From positions 16,857-80,856 of the forward strand of contig CAWHUY010000012.1 in assembly GCA_963832675.1 (NCBI GenBank): a stretch of DNA of 64,000 nucleotides. The letters are read 5' to 3'. This stretch comes from an uncultured Spirochaetota bacterium (lineage in GTDB: Bacteria; Spirochaetota; Spirochaetia; DSM-27196; DATKUC01). Below the pieces are notes generated by a model. The model was given only the letters and a program-made list of their open reading frames with translations. It searched no databases and had not been told where the DNA came from. This document shows, one piece after another, positions 55,178-64,000 of the stretch (its first letter is position 1; each line of letters starts with the position of its first letter). Made by a program: the position numbers and the translations under genes.

Positions 55178-55648
55178 ATGGGAATTCTTATCGTCGTAGA
55201 AGGACTCGTTCTCATCGGGCTCGGTTTCCTGGGACTCCAGAGCCGTATAATCCGTAGGCTGCCGGAAGCCACCCAGACCATTGCTCGGATCACACGCTAC
55301 CAGGGTTGGATCGGGATTTTCGGGGCGATTTGGGGACTCATCGATTTCATCTACGCACTGCGTTGGATCCCGCTCATCGGCGGGGGCCTCGGTGTGATGT
55401 GGATATCGATGTTCGTTGGAACTCTCCTCACGCTTTTGCTGGGTGTGCTTTTTGGCTACGGAATGATTCAACGGGGGATCCTCGGCAAAGCCTCCGAGGA
55501 CACAAAAGAAAAGATCGAGAGCCTGATCGCCCGTATCACCGCGTCTCAGATTCCTCTCGGGTTTATCAGCGCTATCGGTGGGGCGTGGATAGTAATCTAC
55601 TACTTGATCATCTCAAGCCAGATCTTCGCGAGGGCCATCGGTCACTGA
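55178..55648 (+). CDS. small integral membrane protein (4 TM), function unknown
   Basis: Strong RBS and four hydrophobic spans. The 3' end overlaps the aspA stop region by 36 nt (convergent). Confidence 0.6.
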   Translation: MGILIVVEGLVLIGLGFLGLQSRIIRRLPEATQTIARITRYQGWIGIFGAIWGLIDFIYALRWIPLIGGGLGVMWISMFVGTLLTLLLGVLFGYGMIQRGILGKASEDTKEKIESLIARITASQIPLGFISAIGGAWIVIYYLIISSQIFARAIGH

Positions 55649-57112
55649 TAAGTCTTTCCGCTCGAAGTCTGCCGCGTCCGAGGACGCGATGTCTGCCGCG
55701 CCCAGGGGCGCGATCGGGACCGACCGGGGATGTGTCATTCTATGTGGATCAAGAATCTCGGTCAGTGCCTGCTCCGACAACAATCGCTTCTTTCTGAGCA
55801 GGAGAAGTACCCGTTCGCCGGTTTGCAACGCCTCTTTTGCCAGCGCTGCCGCCGCGTCGTATCCGATGTAGGGCACCAGCGCCGTGACGATGCCGATTGA
55901 GTCCTCTACCATGGCGCGACACCGGTCCACGTTCGCGGTTATTCCGTCGATACAGGCCACGGCCAGCGTCCGGCACCCACGCTCCAATATTTGGATCGAT
56001 TGAAACAGATTCGCGCCGATCACCGGTTCGAACGCGTTGAGCTCGAGCTGCCCGGCCTGGGCGGCGAGCGTGATGGTCATATCGTTACCCATCACCTGAA
56101 AACAGATCTGATTGACCACCTCGGGGATAACCGGATTTACCTTGCCCGGCATTATCGTCGAACCGGGCTGGACCGCGGGAAGATTGATCTCGTTCAATCC
56201 GGTGCGGGGACCCGACGACAGCAGGCGCAGATCATTACACAATTTCGACAGTTTGACTGCAATCCGCTTCAGCACTCCGGAAACTTGCACAAATACACCG
56301 GCGTCCGAAGTCGCCTCCACCAGGTTGGGCGACGTCTCGAGAGAAAGTCCGGTGATCGCACAAAGTCTGGCGCAAACTGCGCTCACGTACCCCGGTGGTG
56401 CGTTGATCCCGGTACCGATTGCAGTTGCGCCGAGGTTTATCTCATGCAGGAGGCGACTCGCCTCGGTCAGTCGATCGATGTCTTCCCCGATCGTGACCGC
56501 ATACGCATCGAACTCCTGACCCAGCGTCATCGGGACCGCGTCCTGCAGCTGCGTCCGGCCCATCTTGATCACCGAGGCGAACTCGCGCCCCTTCGCCTCG
56601 AGGGAGATCCGAAGTTGCCGCATTGCGTCGAGCAATGTCTGGATGTAGGCAACCGACGCGATCTTCACTGCGGTCGGATAGACGTCATTGGTCGACTGGG
56701 ACAAATTCACATGATTGTTCGGATGACAATAGTGGTACTCGCCTCGGGCGTGTCCAAGAAGCTCGAGTGCGCGGTTTGCGATTACCTCGTTCGCATTCAT
56801 GTTCGTCGAGGTGCCCGCCCCACCCTGGATTACGTCGACAACGAAGTGTGCGTCGAGCCGGTTCCCCTGCACCTCTCTCGCGGCGCTCACTATTGCTTCG
56901 GCCATCTGCGCATCGAGAATTCCCAGCTCCCGGTTCGTTTGCGCGGCCGCCTCTTTCACCGCACCGAGGGCCCTGATCAGCAGCGGGTAGTGGGACAGGA
57001 GAGTTCCGGTCACACGGAAGTTCTCGACCGCTCGAAGCGTCTGCACGCCATAATAGACCTCTGCGGGTACCTGCATCTCTCCAAGACTGTCGTGCTCGGT
57101 GCGAGAAATCAT
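55613..57112 (-). CDS. aspA: aspartate ammonia-lyase (class II fumarase/aspartase family)
   Basis: SS-loop GSTIMPGKVNPVIPE (the aspartase-type VNPVIPE), and N-terminal TEHDSLGEMQVPAEVYYGVQTLRA. Confidence 0.85.
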   Translation of the reverse strand: MISRTEHDSLGEMQVPAEVYYGVQTLRAVENFRVTGTLLSHYPLLIRALGAVKEAAAQTNRELGILDAQMAEAIVSAAREVQGNRLDAHFVVDVIQGGAGTSTNMNANEVIANRALELLGHARGEYHYCHPNNHVNLSQSTNDVYPTAVKIASVAYIQTLLDAMRQLRISLEAKGREFASVIKMGRTQLQDAVPMTLGQEFDAYAVTIGEDIDRLTEASRLLHEINLGATAIGTGINAPPGYVSAVCARLCAITGLSLETSPNLVEATSDAGVFVQVSGVLKRIAVKLSKLCNDLRLLSSGPRTGLNEINLPAVQPGSTIMPGKVNPVIPEVVNQICFQVMGNDMTITLAAQAGQLELNAFEPVIGANLFQSIQILERGCRTLAVACIDGITANVDRCRAMVEDSIGIVTALVPYIGYDAAAALAKEALQTGERVLLLLRKKRLLSEQALTEILDPHRMTHPRSVPIAPLGAADIASSDAADFERKDLSVTDGPREDLA

Positions 57113-57284
57113 GCTTCCTCCTCTCGGGTCTGCCCGACGACGCCGGCGCCCGTTTCGGGTTTCGATGGTTCAGAGCCAGGCAAGGATGGCGAACGCGCGC
57201 AGTGTACACGATTTATCAATTCTCTGCCGCCCCCGTCGGTCGATTTGATTGCACGCTGCGAATCGGACAGTTATATTCTACCCG

Positions 57285-58544
57285 GTGAGAACAAACAAAC
57301 GTTGGATTGTCGTTTCTGCTGTTTCCGTCGGGCTGGCGATCGCCTTCGCGGCCGGCATCCTTCTGGGCCGGGTCTATTTTCCGGGGATCGGTGCCCCGGC
57401 GAACGAAACGACTCACCCAACCCCACCCGACTACGCGCTCATTCGAAACGCATGGAGACTCATTGATCGCTTCTACGTCGACCGATCGGCACTCAAGTCC
57501 ACACCGCTGACCTACGGGGCCATCGAGGGGATGGTAAGCGCCCTCGGCGACACCGGCCACTCGACGTTTCTTACACCGGACATGGTTAAGCAGGAGTCGA
57601 CGCTGAGAAGCGGCCATTACGTCGGCGTGGGGCTCGATATTCAGATGAAGGGCGGCAAGGTGACCATTGTTACCGCATTCACGGGCTCTCCCGCGGAAAC
57701 GGCCGGGTTGCGAAGCGGCGAGATCATAACCAAGGTGGACGGAGTGGAAATCTCGGCGAAGCCACTCGGGCAGGTCGTGCAAAACATCGTCGGAGCGGTC
57801 GGGACCGATGTGACGCTCACAATCTACGATCCGCCGACCGGGTTGTTCCGGGATGTCACGCTCACTCGCGCGATTATCGTGCTGCACAATGTTACGTGGC
57901 AGATGATCCCCGCAACCCGATTCGCCGACCTCCGTATCGCAGAATTCAGTGAGGGTGTTTCGAAGGACCTCCGGAAGGCGCTCTCAGAAATCCGCCGGCA
58001 GAATGCTCAGGGAATCGTGCTGGATCTGCGAAACAACCCGGGAGGAATTCTGCACGAGGCGGTGGGCGTGGCGAGTCAGTTTCTCGCCTCGGGAAACGTC
58101 CTTCTCACAAAGAATGCATCAGGCCGAACGACCGCAGAGCCGGTGCAAAAAGGCGGTGAGGCGGTACAGATCCCTCTATCGGTTCTCATCAACAACGGTA
58201 CTGCAAGCGCCGCGGAAATAGTGGCTGGCGCTCTCCAGGACGCAAAAAGAGCCGCTTTGATCGGGGAGACGACGTTTGGCACCGGGACGGTGCTTTCGCA
58301 ATTTCCGCTTTCGGACGGTTCTGCTCTGCTGCTCGCTACTGAAGAGTGGCTCACGCCTTCCGGCCGCACGATCTGGCACAAAGGGATAGAGCCTGATGAG
58401 ACGATAAAACTGCAACAGGACGTGTCCCCTCTGCTGCCCGCGGCACTTGTCGGCATGACCGGAGAATCATTCAAGCGAACCGAAGATGTACAAATGCTCG
58501 CGGCAGTGAACAGTCTGAGCTCCCCGCCAAATCCGGGCAACTAA
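57285..58544 (+). CDS. S41 C-terminal processing peptidase with PDZ domain
   Basis: PDZ segment GKVTIVTAFTGSPAETAGLRSGEIITKVDG, plus LDLRNNPGGIL and the GTASAAEI catalytic region. Start is GTG 57285 or TTG 57249. Confidence 0.85.
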   Translation: MRTNKRWIVVSAVSVGLAIAFAAGILLGRVYFPGIGAPANETTHPTPPDYALIRNAWRLIDRFYVDRSALKSTPLTYGAIEGMVSALGDTGHSTFLTPDMVKQESTLRSGHYVGVGLDIQMKGGKVTIVTAFTGSPAETAGLRSGEIITKVDGVEISAKPLGQVVQNIVGAVGTDVTLTIYDPPTGLFRDVTLTRAIIVLHNVTWQMIPATRFADLRIAEFSEGVSKDLRKALSEIRRQNAQGIVLDLRNNPGGILHEAVGVASQFLASGNVLLTKNASGRTTAEPVQKGGEAVQIPLSVLINNGTASAAEIVAGALQDAKRAALIGETTFGTGTVLSQFPLSDGSALLLATEEWLTPSGRTIWHKGIEPDETIKLQQDVSPLLPAALVGMTGESFKRTEDVQMLAAVNSLSSPPNPGN

Positions 58545-58584
58545 AAGCCGCTTCCGGCGGGTTGGTGACGGGGCGAGCCGGCGC

Positions 58585-58800
58585 CTACTGCTTCTTGCCG
58601 GAGCGATCGTTGTTCATCCGGCCTCGCGGTCTGGCACCATTGGTCGCTCGCCCGGTCGGCAGTTTTCCATGTTTGCCGCCGGGATTCACGCGCCGGTTGA
58701 GCGCTCCGGGGCCCTGGTTCTGATGTATCCGGCCCGGCTCCGTTTCATTTTTTACCCGATCGGTTTTCCCCTTTTGGTCATCAGCGTTCGTTTCGGCCAT
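58585..58800 (-). CDS. small basic, Gly/Arg/Asn-rich hypothetical protein (71 aa)
   Basis: ATG at 58800 preceded by GGAGG. Composition suggests a disordered protein. Confidence 0.4.
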   Translation of the reverse strand: MAETNADDQKGKTDRVKNETEPGRIHQNQGPGALNRRVNPGGKHGKLPTGRATNGARPRGRMNNDRSGKKQ

Positions 58801-59069
58801 AGAGTCCTCCTGCGGAACAACTACCCGCGACGATGAAGGCACATCCGGAATTCCGCAAGTGGTTCGGACTCCCCCTCACTGGTGCCTCTTCGGCCGCCCC
58901 GTCGCAAGTACTATATGTAATGTAACAGATAATTTCGTGCAGTGCAACGAGGGTGATCAAGCGGGACACATCCGGGATCTCCGCTAATATAACAGTATTT
59001 TAATCGACAAATCGTGGATTTATAGGCCCAATACGACGATAATTAGCATAGTTTCGATGGAAGGAGACT

Positions 59070-59258
59070 ATGATGATACAACCAGTGAATCATCAGTCAT
59101 ATCAAGCGCTCCTGAACGTGCGCTCGGCGGAGACGCCGGGTGAGCAGGAGCACGATGGGGACTCCGACGACGGTAGCCGCATTCTTGCGGCGCAGAAAAA
59201 CTCGCCGACGCTTCCCTTCGCCGCAGACATGGGAACAAAAGTCAACGTCATGGCCTAG
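59070..59258 (+). CDS. small acidic hypothetical protein (62 aa)
   Basis: GGAAGGAG RBS 5 nt before the ATG, followed by an intrinsic terminator. Confidence 0.45.
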   Translation: MMIQPVNHQSYQALLNVRSAETPGEQEHDGDSDDGSRILAAQKNSPTLPFAADMGTKVNVMA

Positions 59259-59288
59259 CCGCGACGTACTTTCTCCTCCTACGTCGAC

Positions 59289-59322
59289 GGCCGGAGTCCA
59301 GAGGGCTCCGGCCGTTTCTATT
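59289..59322 (+). terminator. rho-independent terminator after the 62-aa ORF
   Basis: GGCCGGAG-TCCAGAGGG-CTCCGGCC followed by GTTTCTATT. Confidence 0.6.
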
Positions 59323-59401
59323 GCAGTGGGAAGTCCGGGAGTTGCTGCGTCGCGGTTTCCCGGCTTGCCGGTATTCACCACACAGTCCGTTGCCACTCGG
59401 G

Positions 59402-59433
59402 AACAGAAAAGGCGGCCCTTTCGGATGGCCGCC
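59402..59433 (-). terminator. rho-independent terminator of rpsU
   Basis: On the minus strand, GGCGGCC-ATCCGAAAG-GGCCGCC followed by TTTTCTGTT, 26 nt after the rpsU stop. Confidence 0.65.
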
Positions 59434-59458
59434 TGTTTGTGCGTGAGTGAAGTGCAGC

Positions 59459-59677
59459 TCAATAGCTTTTCATTGCCTGAATCTTGCGCTGCTTTTTCAG
59501 TAGTTTCCGTTCGAGAGACTTCTTCTTTCGGTTCTTGATCGTGGAAGGTTTTTCGAAATACTCACGCTTCTTCCACTCGCGAATGATACCTTCTTTTTCA
59601 ACCATGCGTTTGAAGCGCTTGATGGCCTTCTCGAGATTCTCTCCCTCATCCAACTTGATGAACGCGATAAAAATCAC
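59459..59677 (-). CDS. rpsU: 30S ribosomal protein S21
   Basis: [47 protein letters not shown] matches the S21 core. The exact start is unclear (see findings). Confidence 0.85.
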   Translation of the reverse strand: MIFIAFIKLDEGENLEKAIKRFKRMVEKEGIIREWKKREYFEKPSTIKNRKKKSLERKLLKKQRKIQAMKSY

Positions 59678-59745
59678 CTCCCTTTTTGCAGGATTACAGC
59701 AGAGGCGCCCTCGGCTGTCTTGCATGTCCCGTCCGCTGTTCCCGG

Positions 59746-60756
59746 CTACGGGCCCGACGGTTCGGACTCATTGAATATTTTAGCGAAAATACGCTCTTTG
59801 TCAACGAGCGGTTGAGAGAGGAGGCTGTCCGGCTCGACGGGCACGCCGTCGACTCGTACTTCCCAGTGCAGGTGGGGACCCGTGGCAAGCCCGGTCATCC
59901 CCACAGCTCCGATGAGCTGGCCGACTTCGAGCCGCTCGCCCGCCTTGACCGCGATCTCGCTCAGGTGATAATAGAGGGAATAGACGCCCGGAAGATGTTC
60001 CACGACGACGGTGTTGCCGCTGATGATTCGAGGCCCCGCAAAGAGCACCCGACCGTTCCCGTCGCTTCGGACGGGGCTCCCCGTCGGCAGCGCGAGATCG
60101 ATACCATAGTGGATCGCGGCCTCCGCGTCGCCGCCGGTGTAGAGATAGCGTCGCCGATCTCCGAAATGCGATGTCACAATCGCCCCGTGCACGGGCATCG
60201 AAAGCCGTCCAAACCAGTATTGACCGCCAAGATCATGTCGCGCAAGTATCGCGAGAATCTCTTCGGCCTCAGCCGTTTTGCGCGGATCCGGTGTCGCCCG
60301 AAGGTCGGTCAGTGCGGCATTGAGCGGTATCTGTTCGTGGATGAACGGTCGATCGACGACCCGTATCTCCGTCTCGAGGGTTGAATCAGCTACCCGTGAG
60401 TCCACAGTTTTGAACGTTGCCCGAACCGTATAGTTTCCGGTCGGTGCGGTGCTCTCGACGGCGAGACAGGCTGCCCAAATCTCTACGTCCCGTGCGACCG
60501 AGATCCGAAATCCGGGCACATAAAGGACCACCTTTCCGGCGGGATCTCTCAACTGGAACTCGGCCGCCGTCGCCGGCTCGGAGAGGTGAACCGCTATCGA
60601 AAAGGCGTCTCCTCGTCTAACCGAAGTGGGAGAGACAAGCGCCGGGTTGGCCCACGCAGCAGCGGCAGCAAGGATAAAAAAAACAGCTGCCGATGTTGCT
60701 CGACCGCGACCGAAGATCACCCGCAAAAGCCCCCGACGGGAGGTTGCCCGGTTCAT
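59746..60756 (-). CDS. M23-family metallopeptidase
   Basis: [16 protein letters not shown] and [10 protein letters not shown] zinc-site motifs. N-terminal signal/anchor. The start overlaps the recJ stop. Confidence 0.85.
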   Translation of the reverse strand: MNRATSRRGLLRVIFGRGRATSAAVFFILAAAAAWANPALVSPTSVRRGDAFSIAVHLSEPATAAEFQLRDPAGKVVLYVPGFRISVARDVEIWAACLAVESTAPTGNYTVRATFKTVDSRVADSTLETEIRVVDRPFIHEQIPLNAALTDLRATPDPRKTAEAEEILAILARHDLGGQYWFGRLSMPVHGAIVTSHFGDRRRYLYTGGDAEAAIHYGIDLALPTGSPVRSDGNGRVLFAGPRIISGNTVVVEHLPGVYSLYYHLSEIAVKAGERLEVGQLIGAVGMTGLATGPHLHWEVRVDGVPVEPDSLLSQPLVDKERIFAKIFNESEPSGP

Positions 60757-62942
60757 TCGGCTGCATCCTCCGATCGGTCAGAGAGGTGCCGCCCTGCGGC
60801 CGGCTGAGACGCGCTAACACTCTTCGTACCGGCACGCCGCGCGTCCACCACGAGAAGCTGCGGGGTCTCGCGTCCCTGATACAGGTTCTTCGAAAGCTGG
60901 AAAACTACGTCGAGCTGATCGTTCGCGGTAAAATCTCTTCCGACCCGTTCCGCCGCGTTCCAGAACACGGCGGGCCATTTCACGCTTCCGGTGTCCAGGA
61001 GAAATTTCACGTGGCTCTGCGTCTCTCGACCCATGAGGTCGAGTTGAGCGATCCGCAGTCCGCGCGCGAGAAATGTCAGGGGTGGATTCTCCTGGCCGGA
61101 TGGTGCGAAAACCTTCTCGATCTCAAACAGCTTCGGCGTGACAAAATCGAGCGGCAATTCTGCATCGATCAGAAGCCGCTCATCCTCCTCGTCAGCGAGA
61201 TGCATGAAGTGAAGAACCTCCGGAATACGACCAATGAACTCGCTCAGCCGTTCGGGCGCCATGTGAAATCCGCCGGCAGAATCGTGCCCGCCCCAGTCGC
61301 TGAATATGTCAGAGAATTTCGAGAGGAATTCTGTGACGGCGAAGCCGCGCGCGGTTCGGATCGATCCAACGGACTTCTCCGGAAGCAGCGCCACCACCGC
61401 GGCGGGAACGTTGAAAAGCCGGGCCAGACGTCCGGCTATGATCCCGGTGATCCCTCTCTGGATGGAATCGTCGGTAACGACCACAAAACGGTTCTCCAGG
61501 TTTTCGAAACTCTTGTAGGCCTGCGGCAGAACACGCTCCCACGCATCTTCACCCGATCGTTTTCGATCGTCGTTCATCGAGGTCACCGCCGTTACCAGCT
61601 GTCCGATCTCCCCCGGGTCGCGGCTCAGCAGCAGCTTCACCGCTTTGTCGGGCTCGCCCATCCGCCCCGATGCGTTGATCACCGGCGCGACCTGCCACCC
61701 GACGTCCTTTGCCGTGAGCGCACGCCCAGCTACGCCGGTGCGAGCGAGAAGCTCGCGAAGGCCGGGCCGGGTAGTAACCTGCATCACCCGTAGTCCGACC
61801 CGCGCGAGAACGAGATTTTCGTTCTGCAGCGGCATCATGTCGGCGAGCGTGCCCAGAGCAACCAGGTCCAATGACGACTCGAATTTCGCGACGAGCTCCG
61901 GAATCCGTTTGAACACGAAGGTCGTGAATAGTCCTGCAAGCACGTCGATCTCTTCGGGAACCTGGGAAGCGTAGCGCGCAAGCCGTGATGCAGGGCGCAT
62001 TGCAAGAAGACTGCGATCGCGAAGTGCGGGAAAGAGCTTCCACACCTCCGGAGCGATGTCGAGAAGACCGACCTCCACGTTCGGCCCGAATATCCGGCGC
62101 AACATCGCCTCTTGGGCCGGCGCGTCGTAGACCAGGATCTGCTGCCCCTCGAGAAACGGGACTATTCTGGTGCGTTCCAGGTCAACCATGCCCGGAACTA
62201 CGTTCTCGATCAGCCTGTCAACCTCCACCAGGTTCTCGAGCTTCACCGCCTCCACGATCAACGTCTCGTTTCCCGGTCGGAGGTTCAGCAGGCAAACGGG
62301 CTGATTGTAGAAGTCTGTCTGCGCAAACGCGAGTGCCCAGCGCACTTTCGCCGTGAGCCCGCACGCACACAATCCCGCAAACGGGTAGCCGGCATCGACC
62401 AGCTTGGGATTGATTATTGCTGCCGCCGCCGGCAGAGCCTCCTGTGGATTGTGATGATCGACGACGATGGTGTCGATTCCTCGCTCGAGCGCATAGGCGA
62501 TCTCGGTCATGCTGGAGGTTCCGCAGTCGACGGCGATGATGAGCGTACCATCGGCCGCCGCAAACTCGTCGATCACACAGGTCGTGAGCCCGTAGGGATC
62601 GTCCCCCATCGGGAGCTTCCAGTCCACGAGGATCCCGAGGTCCGAAAGGGTTTCGACCATCAGTGCGATACTGGTAATCCCATCAACGTCGCGATCACCG
62701 AACACGAGCACTCTCTCCCCCTCGGAACGGGCGGTCATGATCCTCTCCACCGCATCCACCATTCCCTCGAACAGGAAGGGGTTGGGGAGATTCTTCAGAT
62801 CGTCCTCAAGGTGGAACTGGATAGCAGCCGGGTCGGTGACACCGCGACGCGCGAGGATAGAGGCTGTAAGCAGATCGACGCCGAAACGCTCCGAAAGGGA
62901 TCTCACGGCTGCCGAATCGATGTCTCCTTTTTGCCAGATCAT
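60753..62942 (-). CDS. recJ: single-stranded-DNA-specific exonuclease RecJ
   Basis: DHH-family motifs VFGDRDVDGITS, AVDCGTS and VVDHHNP, followed by DHHA1 GGHDSAGGF. Confidence 0.9.
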   Translation of the reverse strand: MIWQKGDIDSAAVRSLSERFGVDLLTASILARRGVTDPAAIQFHLEDDLKNLPNPFLFEGMVDAVERIMTARSEGERVLVFGDRDVDGITSIALMVETLSDLGILVDWKLPMGDDPYGLTTCVIDEFAAADGTLIIAVDCGTSSMTEIAYALERGIDTIVVDHHNPQEALPAAAAIINPKLVDAGYPFAGLCACGLTAKVRWALAFAQTDFYNQPVCLLNLRPGNETLIVEAVKLENLVEVDRLIENVVPGMVDLERTRIVPFLEGQQILVYDAPAQEAMLRRIFGPNVEVGLLDIAPEVWKLFPALRDRSLLAMRPASRLARYASQVPEEIDVLAGLFTTFVFKRIPELVAKFESSLDLVALGTLADMMPLQNENLVLARVGLRVMQVTTRPGLRELLARTGVAGRALTAKDVGWQVAPVINASGRMGEPDKAVKLLLSRDPGEIGQLVTAVTSMNDDRKRSGEDAWERVLPQAYKSFENLENRFVVVTDDSIQRGITGIIAGRLARLFNVPAAVVALLPEKSVGSIRTARGFAVTEFLSKFSDIFSDWGGHDSAGGFHMAPERLSEFIGRIPEVLHFMHLADEEDERLLIDAELPLDFVTPKLFEIEKVFAPSGQENPPLTFLARGLRIAQLDLMGRETQSHVKFLLDTGSVKWPAVFWNAAERVGRDFTANDQLDVVFQLSKNLYQGRETPQLLVVDARRAGTKSVSASQPAAGRHLSDRSEDAAE

Positions 62943-64000
62943 AGCGCGGCCATTTCCTCCAGGATCATAGGCTCTGCAACAGGCGCTTTTTCGCTGTAGC
63001 TGTAGGCCTGTTCGACCAATTCGGTCGCGGCCGCAAGACTTTCCTCCGACTCGGCAAAAAGCGTGCAGACAACCTCGCCTTTCCCCACAGCTTCGCCGCG
63101 CTTCCTGAGAAGCTCGATACCCACATGAGGATACACCTTATCGTCCGCCTTGCTTCGACCGGCACCGAGATAGACGCCGGCCATACCGACGGGATAGGCC
63201 CGAACGCCGGCCACGAATCCATTCGATGGCGCACGAATGCTGCCTTCAAATTTCGCCCGCACCAGGCCCATTCCCTTCTGGAAACGATCCGGATCTCCGT
63301 GCTGGGCCCGAATGTTGGCCAGGAAACGCTTCCAGGGCTCGCCGCCGGCGATCTTTTCCCGGCAGAGATTGACCGCTTCGTCGATGCTTTTTGCCCTGTC
63401 GCCAGCCACGAGCATCCATCCGGAAAGGCGAAGAGTCACCGCCATAAGATCTTCCGGCCCCTTTCCCTGGAGACAGAGTGCCGATTCCTCGGCCTCGACG
63501 AAATTGCCGACCATTCGACCTAGCGGATCGTTCATATTGGTGATGGCAGCCACGATTTTTTTCCCCAGGCTCACCCCGGTATCGACCAGCGACTTCGCGA
63601 GCGTTCGCGCCTCGTCCCTGTCCTTCATGAATGCGCCGTCGCCGCACTTCACATCGAAAATCAGCGCATCCGCACCTTCGGCAAACTTCTTCGAAAGGAT
63701 GCTCGCGGTGATGAGCGGCACCGACTCAACGGTTCCGGTCACGTCGCGAAGCGCATAGAGCAACCGGTCGGCCGGGACAATCTGGTCGCTCTGACCGGTC
63801 ATCGCGTAACCTACCTCGCCGAGAATACGTTTGAACTCGGCGGTGTCGCGCGCGATCTGGTAACCCGGGATCGATTCGAGCTTGTCGAGCGTGCCTCCCG
63901 TGTGGCCGAGAGAGCGGCCGCTCATCATCGGTACTTTGATGCCGAAACAGGCGACTATTGGCGCGAGAATCAGCGAGACCTTATCGCCGACGCCGCCGGT
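62939..64000 (-). CDS. thymidine / pyrimidine-nucleoside phosphorylase (5' end beyond the right edge of the window)
   Basis: GHTGGTLDKLESIPGY signature. The reading frame stays open upstream of the track Met to position 64000 (...TGGVGDKVSLILAPIVACFGIKVPMMSGR). Confidence 0.9.
   Translation of the reverse strand, partial: TGGVGDKVSLILAPIVACFGIKVPMMSGRSLGHTGGTLDKLESIPGYQIARDTAEFKRILGEVGYAMTGQSDQIVPADRLLYALRDVTGTVESVPLITASILSKKFAEGADALIFDVKCGDGAFMKDRDEARTLAKSLVDTGVSLGKKIVAAITNMNDPLGRMVGNFVEAEESALCLQGKGPEDLMAVTLRLSGWMLVAGDRAKSIDEAVNLCREKIAGGEPWKRFLANIRAQHGDPDRFQKGMGLVRAKFEGSIRAPSNGFVAGVRAYPVGMAGVYLGAGRSKADDKVYPHVGIELLRKRGEAVGKGEVVCTLFAESEESLAAATELVEQAYSYSEKAPVAEPMILEEMAAL

Noticed and set aside
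55991-57466. 491-aa + strand ORF, and likewise 48652-49611, 60693-61793, 62112-62999 and 38675-39559
   Set aside because: All are antisense to genes with strong signatures (aspA, aminotransferase, recJ, TPR protein). The composition is typical of shadow frames in about 60% GC DNA.

Overview
A 64 kb chromosomal segment from a GC-rich bacterium (about 60% GC by eye, not computed). The organism looks diderm, judging by signal peptides, lipoboxes and C-terminal-Phe barrel-type proteins. The abundance of PilZ, TPR and FecR proteins is reminiscent of Spirochaetota-like organisms, but taxonomy cannot be established from the sequence alone. Coding density is high, with about 55 protein genes and one tRNA (anticodon CAT). 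I saw no rRNA, CRISPR array, transposase, integrase or phage genes.

Most of the window is housekeeping:
- gpmA (truncated at the left edge), sufS-sufU, Fe/Mn superoxide dismutase, a dedicated bioY-bioM-bioN biotin ECF transporter, rarD, nrdR, mutL
- an inositol monophosphatase, aspartate ammonia-lyase, an S41 C-terminal protease, rpsU, an M23 peptidase, recJ, and a pyrimidine-nucleoside phosphorylase (truncated at the right edge)

The parts worth a second look:
1. 26.8-36.0 kb: a three-gene envelope cluster. It holds a roughly 1800 aa exported protein with calcium-loop motifs, followed by two paralogous C-terminal-Phe barrel-like proteins, one fused to a FecR domain. All three reading frames are broken by single-base frame changes, at least 13 of them in the giant gene, while almost every other gene in the window is intact.
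2. 24.6-26.7 kb: a membrane protein with an S1-S4 voltage-sensor module, no pore or selectivity filter, an extracytoplasmic insert, and a HAMP-like domain with no output domain. It is co-transcribed with an uncharacterised protein.
3. 15.8-20.9 kb: a lipoprotein / PilZ-like / degenerate-cyclase-STAND-ATPase / TPR / MFS operon. The STAND gene is split by one frameshift at a T3 run.
4. 40.8-43.9 kb: a tightly coupled operon of TM-TPR-Mrr-like nuclease fold, metallophosphoesterase and ParB/Srx-like DUF4032.
5. 45.6-53.8 kb: a DeoR-controlled aminotransferase / isomerase / FGGY-kinase locus.
6. Smaller items: candidate NrdR boxes in front of nrdR itself, several near-consensus promoters that sit almost on top of start codons, and a ComFB-domain gene.

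Many long GC-skewed antisense shadow ORFs in the track are rejected. All functional calls rest on motifs I can read in the translations. No database search was run.
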